From the NCBI GenBank assembly GCA_035550415.1, contig DASZPE010000048.1, positions 1-32,095 on the forward strand: a stretch of 32,095 bases of DNA. The letters are read 5' to 3'. The position numbers were made by a program, and so were the translations under genes. The stretch is from Minisyncoccota bacterium (GTDB lineage: Bacteria > Patescibacteriota > Minisyncoccia > Phycocordibacterales > SBAW01). Positions 17,512-25,837 of the stretch are shown piece after piece (positions within the stretch are counted from its first letter, which is position 1; the number at the start of each line of letters is the position of its first letter). The notes beneath the pieces are model-generated. The model had not been told where the DNA came from. It worked only from the letters and a program-made list of their open reading frames with translations, and did not search any database.

Positions 17512-18627
17512 ATGGCAACTAAAGAAGCCGTCTTAGATGCGGCCCCTATGGAAGATACCGTTGATACCTCGCTGATGGGCGGGCTCATTGAGCGCGCGCC
17601 TACCCCGCCGCAGCAGGGAGACATCGTCGAGGGCCCGGTCATTGCACTCGACCGCGCTCGCCTCTATATCGACCTGCCGCCCTTCGGCACCGGCATTATC
17701 TTCGGCCGCGAGTATCTCAACGCGCGCGAGGTTATCAAGCGCACCAACGTCGGCGACCGCATCGCCGCCAAGGTCATCTCGACCGACAGCAAGGAGGGCT
17801 ATATCGAGCTCTCACTCAAAGAGGCGCGCCAGGCGCTTATCTGGGCCGAGGCGGAAGAGGCCGTTAAAGAAAAGCGCCTCGTCGAGATCACCGTCAAGGA
17901 GGCCAACAAAGGCGGCCTCATCCTCGAGTGGCAGGGCATCGCGGGCTTCCTCCCCGCCTCCCAGCTCAAGGCCGAGCACTATCCGCGCGTCGCGGACGGC
18001 GACAAGGATAAGATCCTCGACGAGCTGCGCAAACTGGTCGGCCAGAAGCTCATGGTCTCGATCATTTCCGCAACTCCCAAGGAAGGCAAGCTTATTTTCT
18101 CCGAGAAAGGCATCGACGATAAAGAGAAGAAAGAGCTCATCGCCAATTATCAAGTCGGCGACGTTGTCGAGGGCGAGGTCACCGGCATGGTGGACTTCGG
18201 CGTCTTCATCAAGCTCGAGGAAGGCCTCGAGGGCTTGGTCCACATTTCAGAAATCGACTGGGGCTTGGTCGACGATCCGCGCCACTTCTTCAAGGTGGGC
18301 GACCGCGTGAAGGTCAAGATCATCGATATCAAGGACGGCAAGATCAGCCTCTCGGTGAAGCAGCTCAAGGACAACCCGTGGCAGGTCGCTGCGGAGAAGT
18401 ACCACAAGGGCGACAAGGTCGAGGGCGTGGTCATCAAGTTCAACAAGCACGGCGCACTTGCCAGCATAGAGGAGGGCATCGCGGGCCTCGTGCACGTGAG
18501 CGAGTTCGGCGGCGAGGACAAGCTTCGCGGCAACCTCGAGCTCGGCAAGCGCTACCCCTTCACCATCTCCCTCTTCGAGCCCAAAGACATGCGCATGGCG
18601 CTCGCCTTCGCCGGAGACAAGAAATAA
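17512..18627 (+). CDS. rpsA: 30S ribosomal protein S1 (four S1 domains)
   Basis: 371 aa. Four OB-fold S1 repeats (GDIVEGPVIAL.., VEITVKEANKGGLILEW.., GDVVEGEVTGMVDFGVFIKL.., GDKVEGVVIKFNKHGALASI..). Confidence 0.85.
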   Translation: MATKEAVLDAAPMEDTVDTSLMGGLIERAPTPPQQGDIVEGPVIALDRARLYIDLPPFGTGIIFGREYLNAREVIKRTNVGDRIAAKVISTDSKEGYIELSLKEARQALIWAEAEEAVKEKRLVEITVKEANKGGLILEWQGIAGFLPASQLKAEHYPRVADGDKDKILDELRKLVGQKLMVSIISATPKEGKLIFSEKGIDDKEKKELIANYQVGDVVEGEVTGMVDFGVFIKLEEGLEGLVHISEIDWGLVDDPRHFFKVGDRVKVKIIDIKDGKISLSVKQLKDNPWQVAAEKYHKGDKVEGVVIKFNKHGALASIEEGIAGLVHVSEFGGEDKLRGNLELGKRYPFTISLFEPKDMRMALAFAGDKK

Positions 18628-18640
18628 ATCTATACTTCAA

Positions 18641-18667
18641 AAAAATCCCCCATCCGGGGGATTTTTT
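18641..18667 (+). terminator. intrinsic terminator after rpsA
   Basis: AAAAATCCCCC-ATCC-GGGGGATTTTT plus T. Confidence 0.8.
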
Positions 18668-18672
18668 AGTGC

Positions 18673-18701
18673 TTGCATTATTAATATAAATGTGATATAG
18701 T
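18673..18701 (+). promoter_or_regulatory. sigma-70-type promoter with extended -10
   Basis: TTGCAT (18673-18678), 17-nt spacer, TATAGT (18696-18701), preceded by TGa. Confidence 0.55.
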
Positions 18702-18753
18702 TTTAAGTAGTTGGTTTGCTGATCTTTCAACGTCTCACCATGGAGAGTTCGAA

Positions 18754-19299
18754 ATGGAATCACTGGTAGCGAATATCACCCGGCGCATACAGATGCCGAA
18801 GGGCGTCAAGTTCGCCAAGGGCGTGAAGGCGTCACTCGGCTTCAAGCGTGTCGCACTTGAGGGAGACCCGCAGAACTCAGTCATCGAGGTGTTCTTCGAG
18901 TTGGAGAACGATGGCAAGGAGATGGATCTTATCATCGAGACGGACACGAGTCTCGACGAAGCGAGGCTTCCCAACCCTGCCAAGAACAAGAAGACTTGGA
19001 TGCGGGTCCGGGAGCTCGTACTCGACGGCTTTTCGGGTCAGGACGCGTACGATATCGTTGCCATGAAGAGCTTCGCACGCGCGTGTACGTTCTCCTGCAG
19101 CGATTCGTACGGCGACTCTCACGACTTTTGGTTCTACATCGAGACCCCGAACCTGCCCACGATCGCTGGGACGCCTGACAAGCACGATGTCGTCCCCTTC
19201 CTTCTCGACAAGCGTACGCTTGAAGACGTAGTGGAAGAGCACGAGGAAGAACGTTCCCGCAAGGGAACCGGGAAGTCCATTCTCGGTCTCCATCGCTAG
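18754..19299 (+). CDS. hypothetical cytoplasmic acidic protein (181 aa)
   Basis: A self-contained unit between its own promoter and a perfect 24-nt palindromic terminator. No signal peptide, TM segment or recognisable motif. Confidence 0.6.
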   Translation: MESLVANITRRIQMPKGVKFAKGVKASLGFKRVALEGDPQNSVIEVFFELENDGKEMDLIIETDTSLDEARLPNPAKNKKTWMRVRELVLDGFSGQDAYDIVAMKSFARACTFSCSDSYGDSHDFWFYIETPNLPTIAGTPDKHDVVPFLLDKRTLEDVVEEHEEERSRKGTGKSILGLHR

Positions 19300-19316
19300 T
19301 CTGCCAGAATCGAGTA

Positions 19317-19345
19317 CCACCGCGACACGTGTCGCGGTGGTTTTT
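19317..19345 (+). terminator. intrinsic terminator
   Basis: Perfect palindrome CCACCGCGACACGTGTCGCGGTGG followed by TTTTT. Confidence 0.8.
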
Positions 19346-19347
19346 CT

Positions 19348-19878
19348 TTATCGCGAGTTGATTTCGCCCATTGCTTTGTCTTTGCCTTCTTCCAAAATAA
19401 GCTCGAGCGCTTCTTTGACCAGCTTTTTTGCTTTCTTTAATTTTTCCTGCTCTCCCGGCTTGAATTTTCCCAATACAAAGTCTACGATCTTTTCTCCATC
19501 GGGCCGCTTTAACTTTCCTGACGGCGTCGACGGCGAGATACCCACGCGCACGCGCGTGAAATCTTGTGTCTTAAGCGCCGCCTGCACGGACTTTACGCCG
19601 TTGTGGCCGCCCGCGCTCGAGCCATAGGAGATTTTGATGCGCCCGAGCGGCAAGTCGAGCTCGTCATGCACGACAATCAGCCTCTGTGCGGCCGCTTTAC
19701 TCGGCACCAGCTTGCGCAGCGGGCCGCCTGAGTTATTCATGTAAACATCAGGGGTCACTACTTTGGGTTTCTTGGGCAGTTTGTCGCCAAAATCAAGGAG
19801 AAAATCGCGGCCAATGTTGTGGCGCGTGCCGGTGTACTCCGGCCCCGGGTTACCGAGCCCCGCGATAATCCATTGCAT
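19348..19878 (-). CDS. pth: peptidyl-tRNA hydrolase
   Basis: 176 aa from ATG 19878: MQWIIAGLGNPGPEYTGTRHNIGRDF, HDELDLPLGRIK, GGHNGVKS. The 74-codon upstream extension in the track is rejected. Confidence 0.9.
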   Translation of the reverse strand: MQWIIAGLGNPGPEYTGTRHNIGRDFLLDFGDKLPKKPKVVTPDVYMNNSGGPLRKLVPSKAAAQRLIVVHDELDLPLGRIKISYGSSAGGHNGVKSVQAALKTQDFTRVRVGISPSTPSGKLKRPDGEKIVDFVLGKFKPGEQEKLKKAKKLVKEALELILEEGKDKAMGEINSR

Positions 19879-19884
19879 GCCAAG

Positions 19885-19893
19885 ACTATACCA
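19885..19893 (-). promoter_or_regulatory. extended -10 box (TGgTATAGT) 6 nt upstream of the pth ATG
   Basis: The reverse complement of 19876-19893 is TGGTATAGT-CTTGGC-ATG. Confidence 0.5.
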
Positions 19894-19993
19894 CGAAGCA
19901 CTAGTAGAAAAAATGATGAGAGAAACGAAGAGAAAATGAATGAAAAATAGATAAAAACTTGCGCGCTTGCTTGCATGCGGTACAATACTACCC

Positions 19994-20548
19994 ATGCCAC
20001 AGGAGAATCGTGATAATTTTTTCACTGAACTCCTGAAATTTGCCGTCGTCGCCATCATTATCGTCGTCCCGCTGCGGCTGTGGGTCGCGAAACCGTTCAT
20101 CGTCTCCGGCGCATCGATGGAGCCGACCTTCCAAACCGGCCAATACCTGATTGTCGACGAGCTTTCCTACCACTTCGAGGCGCCACAACGCGGCGATGTG
20201 GTCATCTTCCACTACCCTAAGGACCCCACGCAGTATTTCATCAAGCGCATCATCGGCCTGCCGGGAGAAAGAGTTGATATCGTCGGCGGACAAATCTCTA
20301 TCACGCACACCGACGGCACGACCGAGCAGCTTACCGAGCCCTACCTCACCTACCGCGGCAACGGCGGCGACGAGCATGTGACACTCGACTCCGACAGCTA
20401 CTTCGTCATGGGCGACAACCGGCCGGAGAGTTCCGACTCGCGCATCTGGGGCGTACTCCCGCGCGAGAATATCGTCGGGCGCGCGTTCGCCCGCCTGCTC
20501 CCTATCAGCACCGTTGGCATTTTCCCGGGCAAGGTCACCGTCAAGTAA
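19994..20548 (+). CDS. lepB: signal peptidase I
   Basis: 184 aa from ATG 19994. Catalytic Ser box SGASMEPTF, Lys box KRIIGLPGE, GDNRPESSDSR. Confidence 0.9.
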   Translation: MPQENRDNFFTELLKFAVVAIIIVVPLRLWVAKPFIVSGASMEPTFQTGQYLIVDELSYHFEAPQRGDVVIFHYPKDPTQYFIKRIIGLPGERVDIVGGQISITHTDGTTEQLTEPYLTYRGNGGDEHVTLDSDSYFVMGDNRPESSDSRIWGVLPRENIVGRAFARLLPISTVGIFPGKVTVK

Positions 20549-21703
20549 ATGTCTCGCACATCACCAGCATCATTCCTCAAGCACGCCTCGGAAGTGGCGT
20601 CGTTCTACGGCTTTAAGCCGATGCGCGAGATCGAGCGCGAGCACGCGGCGCTTGCCGACATAAAGCCGCTGCGCCGCGGCAACTCGGTGTACTCCTTCGA
20701 GAGCGCGGCGCTGCTGTGCGCCGCGCAGGCAGCGCTCCGGCCGCAGGAGCCGGTGCTCGCATTCTATGCCACGCCCCAGCCGGGCTTCATGCCGGGCGCG
20801 CTGTCGCCCCGCGAGGTCGGCGAGTTCGGCCTCCAGGTGGTCGGCACAGGAGAGAGCGTCGGCGAAATCGTATTGCTCAAGACTATTATGATGGTCGCGG
20901 GCGAGTGGGGCGCGCCGCTCTCGCGCGTGCGCCTCAACGCCTTTGGCGACCGCGACAGCCAGGCGCGCTTCCTGCGCGAACTGTCGACCTTTGTGCGCCG
21001 CCATATCGAGGAGTTCGACGAAAGCATGCGCAAAGGGCTCATGGACGACCCGTTCATGCTCTACCGGCTTGGGACCGAGCAGTCGCACGAACTCCTCAGC
21101 GAAGGTCCGCGGCCGATGCACTTCCTCTCGGAGAAAAGCCGCACGCACTTCCGCTCGGTGCTGGAACACCTCGAGTACTTGGGCCTGCCGTACGAACTCG
21201 ACGATAAGCTCGGCGGCGACGCGCGCGGGCCGCACCTCGCCTTCGCGCTCGACTTTAAAGAAGACGACGCCACGATCGCCGGCGCTATCGGCGGCCGCTA
21301 TGACGAGTACCTGAGGCGCGAGACGCACCGCAAAGATTCTACGGGCGTGGGCGCGAGCCTCTACTTCCGCAAGAAGGGCGCCAACAAATCGACGTTCTCG
21401 AGCCTGCCCCAGCCCGCCAAACCGAAGATCTATTTTGCGCAGCTCGGCACGCGCGCCAAGCTCCAGGGGCTCGCAGTCGTCGACATGCTGCGCGACGCCA
21501 AGGTGCCGGTATTGCAATCCTTCGATGCGGCGCACCTCTCGACCCAGCTTGCCGCGGCGGCGCAGATCGGCGTGTCGTACCTCCTTATCATGGGCCAGCG
21601 CGAGGCTCTGGACGGAACGATCATCGTCCGCTCGACCCGCAACAGCTCGCAAAATATCATCAGTGTCACCGAAGTCCCCAAGTTCCTCCGCACCCTGCGC
21701 TAG
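20549..21703 (+). CDS. histidyl-tRNA synthetase-like protein with degenerate catalytic motifs (HisZ-like paralog?)
   Basis: 384 aa. The ATG directly abuts the lepB stop (TAAATG). Class II HisRS-like layout with a retained GGRYD (motif 3) and a C-terminal HGTP anticodon-binding-type domain (KIYFAQLG...YLLIMGQRE). Motif 2 reads FYATPQPGF...PREVGEFGLQVVG where HisRS has FRhERPQ.GR.RqF, and the LDYY region is absent. Confidence 0.65.
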   Translation: MSRTSPASFLKHASEVASFYGFKPMREIEREHAALADIKPLRRGNSVYSFESAALLCAAQAALRPQEPVLAFYATPQPGFMPGALSPREVGEFGLQVVGTGESVGEIVLLKTIMMVAGEWGAPLSRVRLNAFGDRDSQARFLRELSTFVRRHIEEFDESMRKGLMDDPFMLYRLGTEQSHELLSEGPRPMHFLSEKSRTHFRSVLEHLEYLGLPYELDDKLGGDARGPHLAFALDFKEDDATIAGAIGGRYDEYLRRETHRKDSTGVGASLYFRKKGANKSTFSSLPQPAKPKIYFAQLGTRAKLQGLAVVDMLRDAKVPVLQSFDAAHLSTQLAAAAQIGVSYLLIMGQREALDGTIIVRSTRNSSQNIISVTEVPKFLRTLR

Positions 21704-21736
21704 GCAGCACAGCGGCTTGCGCCGAGGCAAGCTGCG

Positions 21737-21745
21737 TGCTATTCT
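21737..21745 (+). promoter_or_regulatory. extended -10 box (TGcTATTCT) upstream of rpsU
   Basis: TGCTATTCT lies 11 nt upstream of ATG 21757. Confidence 0.4.
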
Positions 21746-21756
21746 AGCCGGTACCT

Positions 21757-22014
21757 ATGGCAATTAACGCAGAGGTGAGCAAGAACGAGGGCGAATCGGC
21801 GGTGAATCTCATCCGCCGCTTTACGAAGCGCGTCCAGGGCGCGCAGGTGCTTACCCGTATGCGCTCGCGCCGCTACTACTCCCGAGTGAAGTCCCGCGCG
21901 GTCAATCGCAAGCACGCGCTCAAGGTCATCGCGCGCCGCGAGGAAGTGGCCGAGCTCATCAAGATGGGCAAGATGGTCGAGCGCCAGCCCGGCGAGCGCC
22001 GCCCCCGCCGCTAA
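21757..22014 (+). CDS. rpsU: 30S ribosomal protein S21
   Basis: 85 aa, basic. S21-like pattern NEGESAVNLIRRFTKRV...RMRSRRYYSRVKSRAVNRKHA. Confidence 0.8.
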   Translation: MAINAEVSKNEGESAVNLIRRFTKRVQGAQVLTRMRSRRYYSRVKSRAVNRKHALKVIARREEVAELIKMGKMVERQPGERRPRR

Positions 22015-22028
22015 ACTTCTCTCCTCCC

Positions 22029-22427
22029 GTGCAGAGCCATTTCTCTTTCATCAACAAGACGCGCGGCAAGACGCCGCGCGCACCCTTTGCCGCCATCAAG
22101 GACGCGGCACTCGGCAAAACCTACGATCTCTCGCTGGCGCTCATTTCACCCTCCGCTATGCGCAAGATCACGATCGAGCACAAGCATGACGACCATGTTT
22201 CCAATGTGCTCTCCTTCCCGCTTTCCAAAACGTCTGGCGAGATACTGATCTGCCCCTCCGCCGCGAAGCCCTTCAGCGTCGAATACCTCTTTATCCACGG
22301 GCTCCTCCACCTCAAAGGGCTCAAACATGGTGCTACAATGGAGCGCAACGAGCGCGCACTTCTCGCTCGATTTGCATCGTATGGAAAAGATCGTAACGGG
22401 CATCGACGTCGGCACCTACCAAGTTAA
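22029..22427 (+). CDS. ybeY: rRNA maturation endoribonuclease YbeY
   Basis: 132 aa, GTG start. Zinc-binding signature HGLLHLKGLKHG (H-G-x-L-H-L-x-G-x-x-H). Confidence 0.8.
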   Translation: MQSHFSFINKTRGKTPRAPFAAIKDAALGKTYDLSLALISPSAMRKITIEHKHDDHVSNVLSFPLSKTSGEILICPSAAKPFSVEYLFIHGLLHLKGLKHGATMERNERALLARFASYGKDRNGHRRRHLPS

Positions 22428-23559
22428 GGTAGTTATTGCTGCGCAGCCCGACAACCTCCGCGAGTCGCCGCGCATCCTCGGCACCGGCTACGCCGAGAGT
22501 CGCGGCATGAAGCAGGGCTATATCATCTCCGTTCCTGAAGTCTCGCGCTCTATCGCCGCAGCCGTGGCGCAGGCAAGCAAGGCCGCACAAGTAAAGGTGC
22601 GCCGCGCCTATCTGGGGCTCGGCGGCGTCGGGCTCGACGAGGCGTTCTCGCGCGGCGAGACGGTGGTCGAGCGCGGCGACTCGGAGGTCACCTCGCGCGA
22701 CATCGCGCGCGTGCTTTCGGTCGCCGAGGGCGCGCTCGCGCCTGCGGCGCTCCTCAACCGCAAAGTGCTCCACACCATTCCGCTGAGGTTCTCGGTCGAC
22801 GGCGTGCGCGTCATGGGGCGCAGCCCGGTCGGCATGAAGGGCCAGCGGGTCTCCGCCGAGGTGCTCTTTATCACCTGCCTCGAGCGCCATGTGCACGACC
22901 TGGTCGCGGCCGTCGAGGACGCGGGGATCGAGGTCGAGGACGTCGCCGCATCGCCGCTTGCAGCCAGCTTTGTCGCGCTCACCAAGATGCAGAAGCGCGT
23001 CGGCTGCGTGCTCGCCAACATCGGCTCCGAGACGCTTTCCATAATCGTATTTGAAGACAGCATCCCCGTCTCGATCCGCGTGTTTCCGGTCGGCGCCGCC
23101 GACATCACCAACGACCTCGCGCTCGGCCTGCGCATCAGCCCCGAGGAGGCCGAGCAGTACAAGCAGGGTGCGGTGCTGGGCTCGACTATCCCGCAGCGCA
23201 AAGTAGACGACCTCATCTCGCGCCGCGTCTCCGACATGTTCAAGCTCGTCGAAGCGCAATTAAAAAAGATCGGCAAGAGCGAGCTTCTCCCCGCGGGCGT
23301 GGTGCTCACCGGTGGCGGCTCGAGCGTGCAGACAATTTCTGATCTCGCGAAAGCAGTGCTGCGGCTCCCCTCGCGCGTGGCGTCGCTCTCGGAGGGTGTC
23401 GGCTCCAAAGTGCATCTCAAGGACGGCTCGTGGGCGGTAGCCTACGGGCTTACGCTGTGGGGCTTCAACCAAGGCGAGGAGCCGGAGGCCGGTATGGGTG
23501 CGGGGCTCATGGACGCGCTGCGCGGCACCGGGCGATGGTTTAAGAAGTTTCTCCCCTAA
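22381..23559 (+). CDS. ftsA: cell division protein FtsA
   Basis: 392 aa from ATG 22381 (MEKIVTGIDVGTYQVKVVIA, actin-fold phosphate-1 motif). ANIGSETLSI, VLTGGGS. Overlaps the ybeY 3' end by 47 nt. Confidence 0.85.
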   Translation: MEKIVTGIDVGTYQVKVVIAAQPDNLRESPRILGTGYAESRGMKQGYIISVPEVSRSIAAAVAQASKAAQVKVRRAYLGLGGVGLDEAFSRGETVVERGDSEVTSRDIARVLSVAEGALAPAALLNRKVLHTIPLRFSVDGVRVMGRSPVGMKGQRVSAEVLFITCLERHVHDLVAAVEDAGIEVEDVAASPLAASFVALTKMQKRVGCVLANIGSETLSIIVFEDSIPVSIRVFPVGAADITNDLALGLRISPEEAEQYKQGAVLGSTIPQRKVDDLISRRVSDMFKLVEAQLKKIGKSELLPAGVVLTGGGSSVQTISDLAKAVLRLPSRVASLSEGVGSKVHLKDGSWAVAYGLTLWGFNQGEEPEAGMGAGLMDALRGTGRWFKKFLP

Positions 23560-23623
23560 CATCTCCGCTCTTTTTCCTTAAAACAAAAGGGTCTTTTGTC
23601 AAAGTTTGCTTTGCTTCCAATAG

Positions 23624-23632
23624 TGGTATAGT
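23624..23632 (+). promoter_or_regulatory. extended -10 box (TGgTATAGT) upstream of ftsZ
   Basis: TGGTATAGT at 23624-23632. It abuts the GTG (23634) used by the ORF track, which argues for the ATG at 23670. Confidence 0.45.
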
Positions 23633-23669
23633 AGTGGGCACAGATTACAGGAACCCACCACTATTTACT

Positions 23670-24857
23670 ATGCCGCAAGTACAGCCAGAAGTTGAAGCAT
23701 TCGCTCGGATCAGGGTCATCGGCGTTGGAGGATCGGGCAACAATGCGGTCAACCACATGGTTGAAAGCAAGGTGCGCGGCGTAGACTTTATCGCCGTCAA
23801 CACCGACGCGCAGGACCTCCACCACTCGCTCGCCAAGAAGAAGGTCCACATCGGCAAAAACCTGACCCGCGGCCTCGGCACCGGCATGAACCCCGAGCTC
23901 GGCAAGCGCGCGGCGGAAGAAACGAAGGAAGAGATCCAGCAGATCATCAAGGGCTCCGACATGATATTCGTGGCCTGCGGCGAGGGCGGCGGCACGGGCA
24001 CCGGCGCGGCGCCGGTGGTCGCCAAAGTTGCCAAGGAGTCCGGCGCGCTTACGGTCGGCGTCGTTACAAAGCCGTTTTCATTCGAGGGCGCGCAGCGCAT
24101 GCGCCTCGCCGAGCAGGGCCTCGACGAGTTGCGCAAAGAGGTAGACGCGCTCGTGGTCATCCCCAACGACCGCATCCTCGCGACGGTCGCCAAAGAAACA
24201 ACGCTTAAGGACGCCTTCGCCATGTGCGACGACGTGCTCAAGCAGGCCGTCGAGGGTATCTCCGACCTCATCACCAACCCGGGCATCATCAACGTCGACT
24301 TCGCCGATGTGCGCGCCGTCATGGAGAACTCTGGCAGCGCACTCATGGGCATCGGCATCGCCTCGGGCGAGAACCGCGCGCAGACCGCCGCGCATGCGGC
24401 AGTATCATCGCCGCTCCTTGAGCTCTCGATCAACGGCGCCAAGGGCGTCCTCTTCGCGATCGCGGGCGGCGAAGACCTCGGCATGGTCGAGGTCCACGAG
24501 GCCGCGAAGATCATCACCGAGTCGGTCGACCCCAACGCCAAGATCATCTTCGGCGCCATCAAGGACGACAAGCTCAAGAAAAACGAGATCCGCGTCACTG
24601 TCATCGCGACCGGCTTCCCGGCCGCGGGCATCACGCCGCGCCAGGGCTCGCAGCTCTTTACCTTCGGCCGCGATAAGGACGATGCCCAGGCTCCCCTTGC
24701 CTCTTCCGCCACGACGCAGGGCAAGATTTACAATTCTCCGGCAATCCCGGTGAAAGATACGATGGCTGACGCACAAGCCAAGCCTAAGGCCGACGACAAG
24801 GAAGACGACGAATGGGGCGCAGTACCGTCATTTCTCCGCCGCCCGAAAATAAAGTAG
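23670..24857 (+). CDS. ftsZ: cell division protein FtsZ
   Basis: Tubulin signature GGGTGTGAAP, NTDAQDL, VIGVGGSGNNAV. Start taken at ATG 23670 (MPQVQPEVEAF...); the alternative GTG 23634 adds 12 aa. Confidence 0.93.
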   Translation: MPQVQPEVEAFARIRVIGVGGSGNNAVNHMVESKVRGVDFIAVNTDAQDLHHSLAKKKVHIGKNLTRGLGTGMNPELGKRAAEETKEEIQQIIKGSDMIFVACGEGGGTGTGAAPVVAKVAKESGALTVGVVTKPFSFEGAQRMRLAEQGLDELRKEVDALVVIPNDRILATVAKETTLKDAFAMCDDVLKQAVEGISDLITNPGIINVDFADVRAVMENSGSALMGIGIASGENRAQTAAHAAVSSPLLELSINGAKGVLFAIAGGEDLGMVEVHEAAKIITESVDPNAKIIFGAIKDDKLKKNEIRVTVIATGFPAAGITPRQGSQLFTFGRDKDDAQAPLASSATTQGKIYNSPAIPVKDTMADAQAKPKADDKEDDEWGAVPSFLRRPKIK

Positions 24858-24866
24858 AATATACGC

Positions 24867-25787
24867 ATGTATGATCTTGCAATAATCGGCGGCGGGCCCG
24901 CCGGGGTGGCTGCGGGCGTCTATGCCGCGCGCAAGCGCCTCAAGAGCGTATTCATCGCAGAGACAGTCGGCGGCCAGAGCATCGACTCGGTCGATATCCA
25001 GAATTGGATCGGGACCCAGCACATCAGCGGCATGGGGCTCGCGAAGTCGCTCGAGATGCATCTGCAGGCGTACGCGAGCGACGTCCTCGACATACACCTC
25101 GGCGAGCGCGCGCAGAAGGTCGAGAAGAAGGACGGCGGCTTTTCAATAACTACCAGCAAAGGTTCCTGCGAGGCTAAGGCCGTGCTTATCGCAACCGGCG
25201 GCTCGCGCAAGAAGCTCGATATACCGGGCGGCGCCGAGTTCGAGAACAAGGGCGTTATTTATTGCGCCTCGTGCGACGGGCCGCTCTTCGCGGGCCAGGA
25301 TGTCGCGGTCGTGGGCGGCGGGAATGCGGGCTTCGAGACCGCCGCGCAGCTCCTTGCCTACTGCAAGAGCGTGACGCTTATCTCGCGCAGCGACTTTTCG
25401 CGCGCAGACGCGGCCACGGTGGAGAGCGTGCTCGCGCACCCCAACATGACGGCGCGCCAATACACGATGCCGACCGAAATATCGGGCAACATGTTCGTCT
25501 CGAGCCTCGCGGTTAAGAACAGCAAGACCGGCGAAGAGAGCAAGCTCCCGGTAACAGGAGTCTTCGTCGAGATCGGCATGATCCCCTCGACCGATTTAGT
25601 AGAGGGGCTGCTCGACCTCGACCAATTCAAGCGGGTCAAAGTAGACGCCAAGAACCAGCGCACGAGCGTCGAGGGAGTATGGGCTGCGGGCGACTGCACC
25701 GATGAGCTCTATCATCAGAACAACATCGCCGCCGGCGACGCGGTCAAAGCGCTCGAGGACATCTACTACTGGCTCAAGATGAAATAA
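24867..25787 (+). CDS. trxB: thioredoxin-disulfide reductase-like FAD/NAD(P) oxidoreductase
   Basis: 306 aa. FAD motif IIGGGPAG, redox CxxC (CASCDG), NAD(P) motif VVGGGNAG, C-terminal GVWAAGDC. Confidence 0.8.
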   Translation: MYDLAIIGGGPAGVAAGVYAARKRLKSVFIAETVGGQSIDSVDIQNWIGTQHISGMGLAKSLEMHLQAYASDVLDIHLGERAQKVEKKDGGFSITTSKGSCEAKAVLIATGGSRKKLDIPGGAEFENKGVIYCASCDGPLFAGQDVAVVGGGNAGFETAAQLLAYCKSVTLISRSDFSRADAATVESVLAHPNMTARQYTMPTEISGNMFVSSLAVKNSKTGEESKLPVTGVFVEIGMIPSTDLVEGLLDLDQFKRVKVDAKNQRTSVEGVWAAGDCTDELYHQNNIAAGDAVKALEDIYYWLKMK

Positions 25788-25794
25788 AAAGAAG

Positions 25795-25826
25795 AGCCGC
25801 CGCGGATGACCGCGGCGGCTGTTTTC
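25795..25826. terminator. bidirectional intrinsic terminator between trxB and the ketosynthase gene
   Basis: AGCCGCCGCGG-ATGA-CCGCGGCGGCT (11 bp), flanked by an A-rich run upstream and GTTTTCG downstream. Confidence 0.75.
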
Positions 25827-25837
25827 GTTGCATCCTA

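Noticed and set aside
19879-20100. N-terminal extensions of track ORFs: pth 19879-20100, NUDIX 11726-11788, MBL 16266-16295, GH57 28401-28490, glgA 29930-29998, lepB 19967-19993.
   Set aside because: Each extension runs into promoter or terminator elements or the neighbouring gene. Conserved family N-termini begin at the internal ATG chosen.
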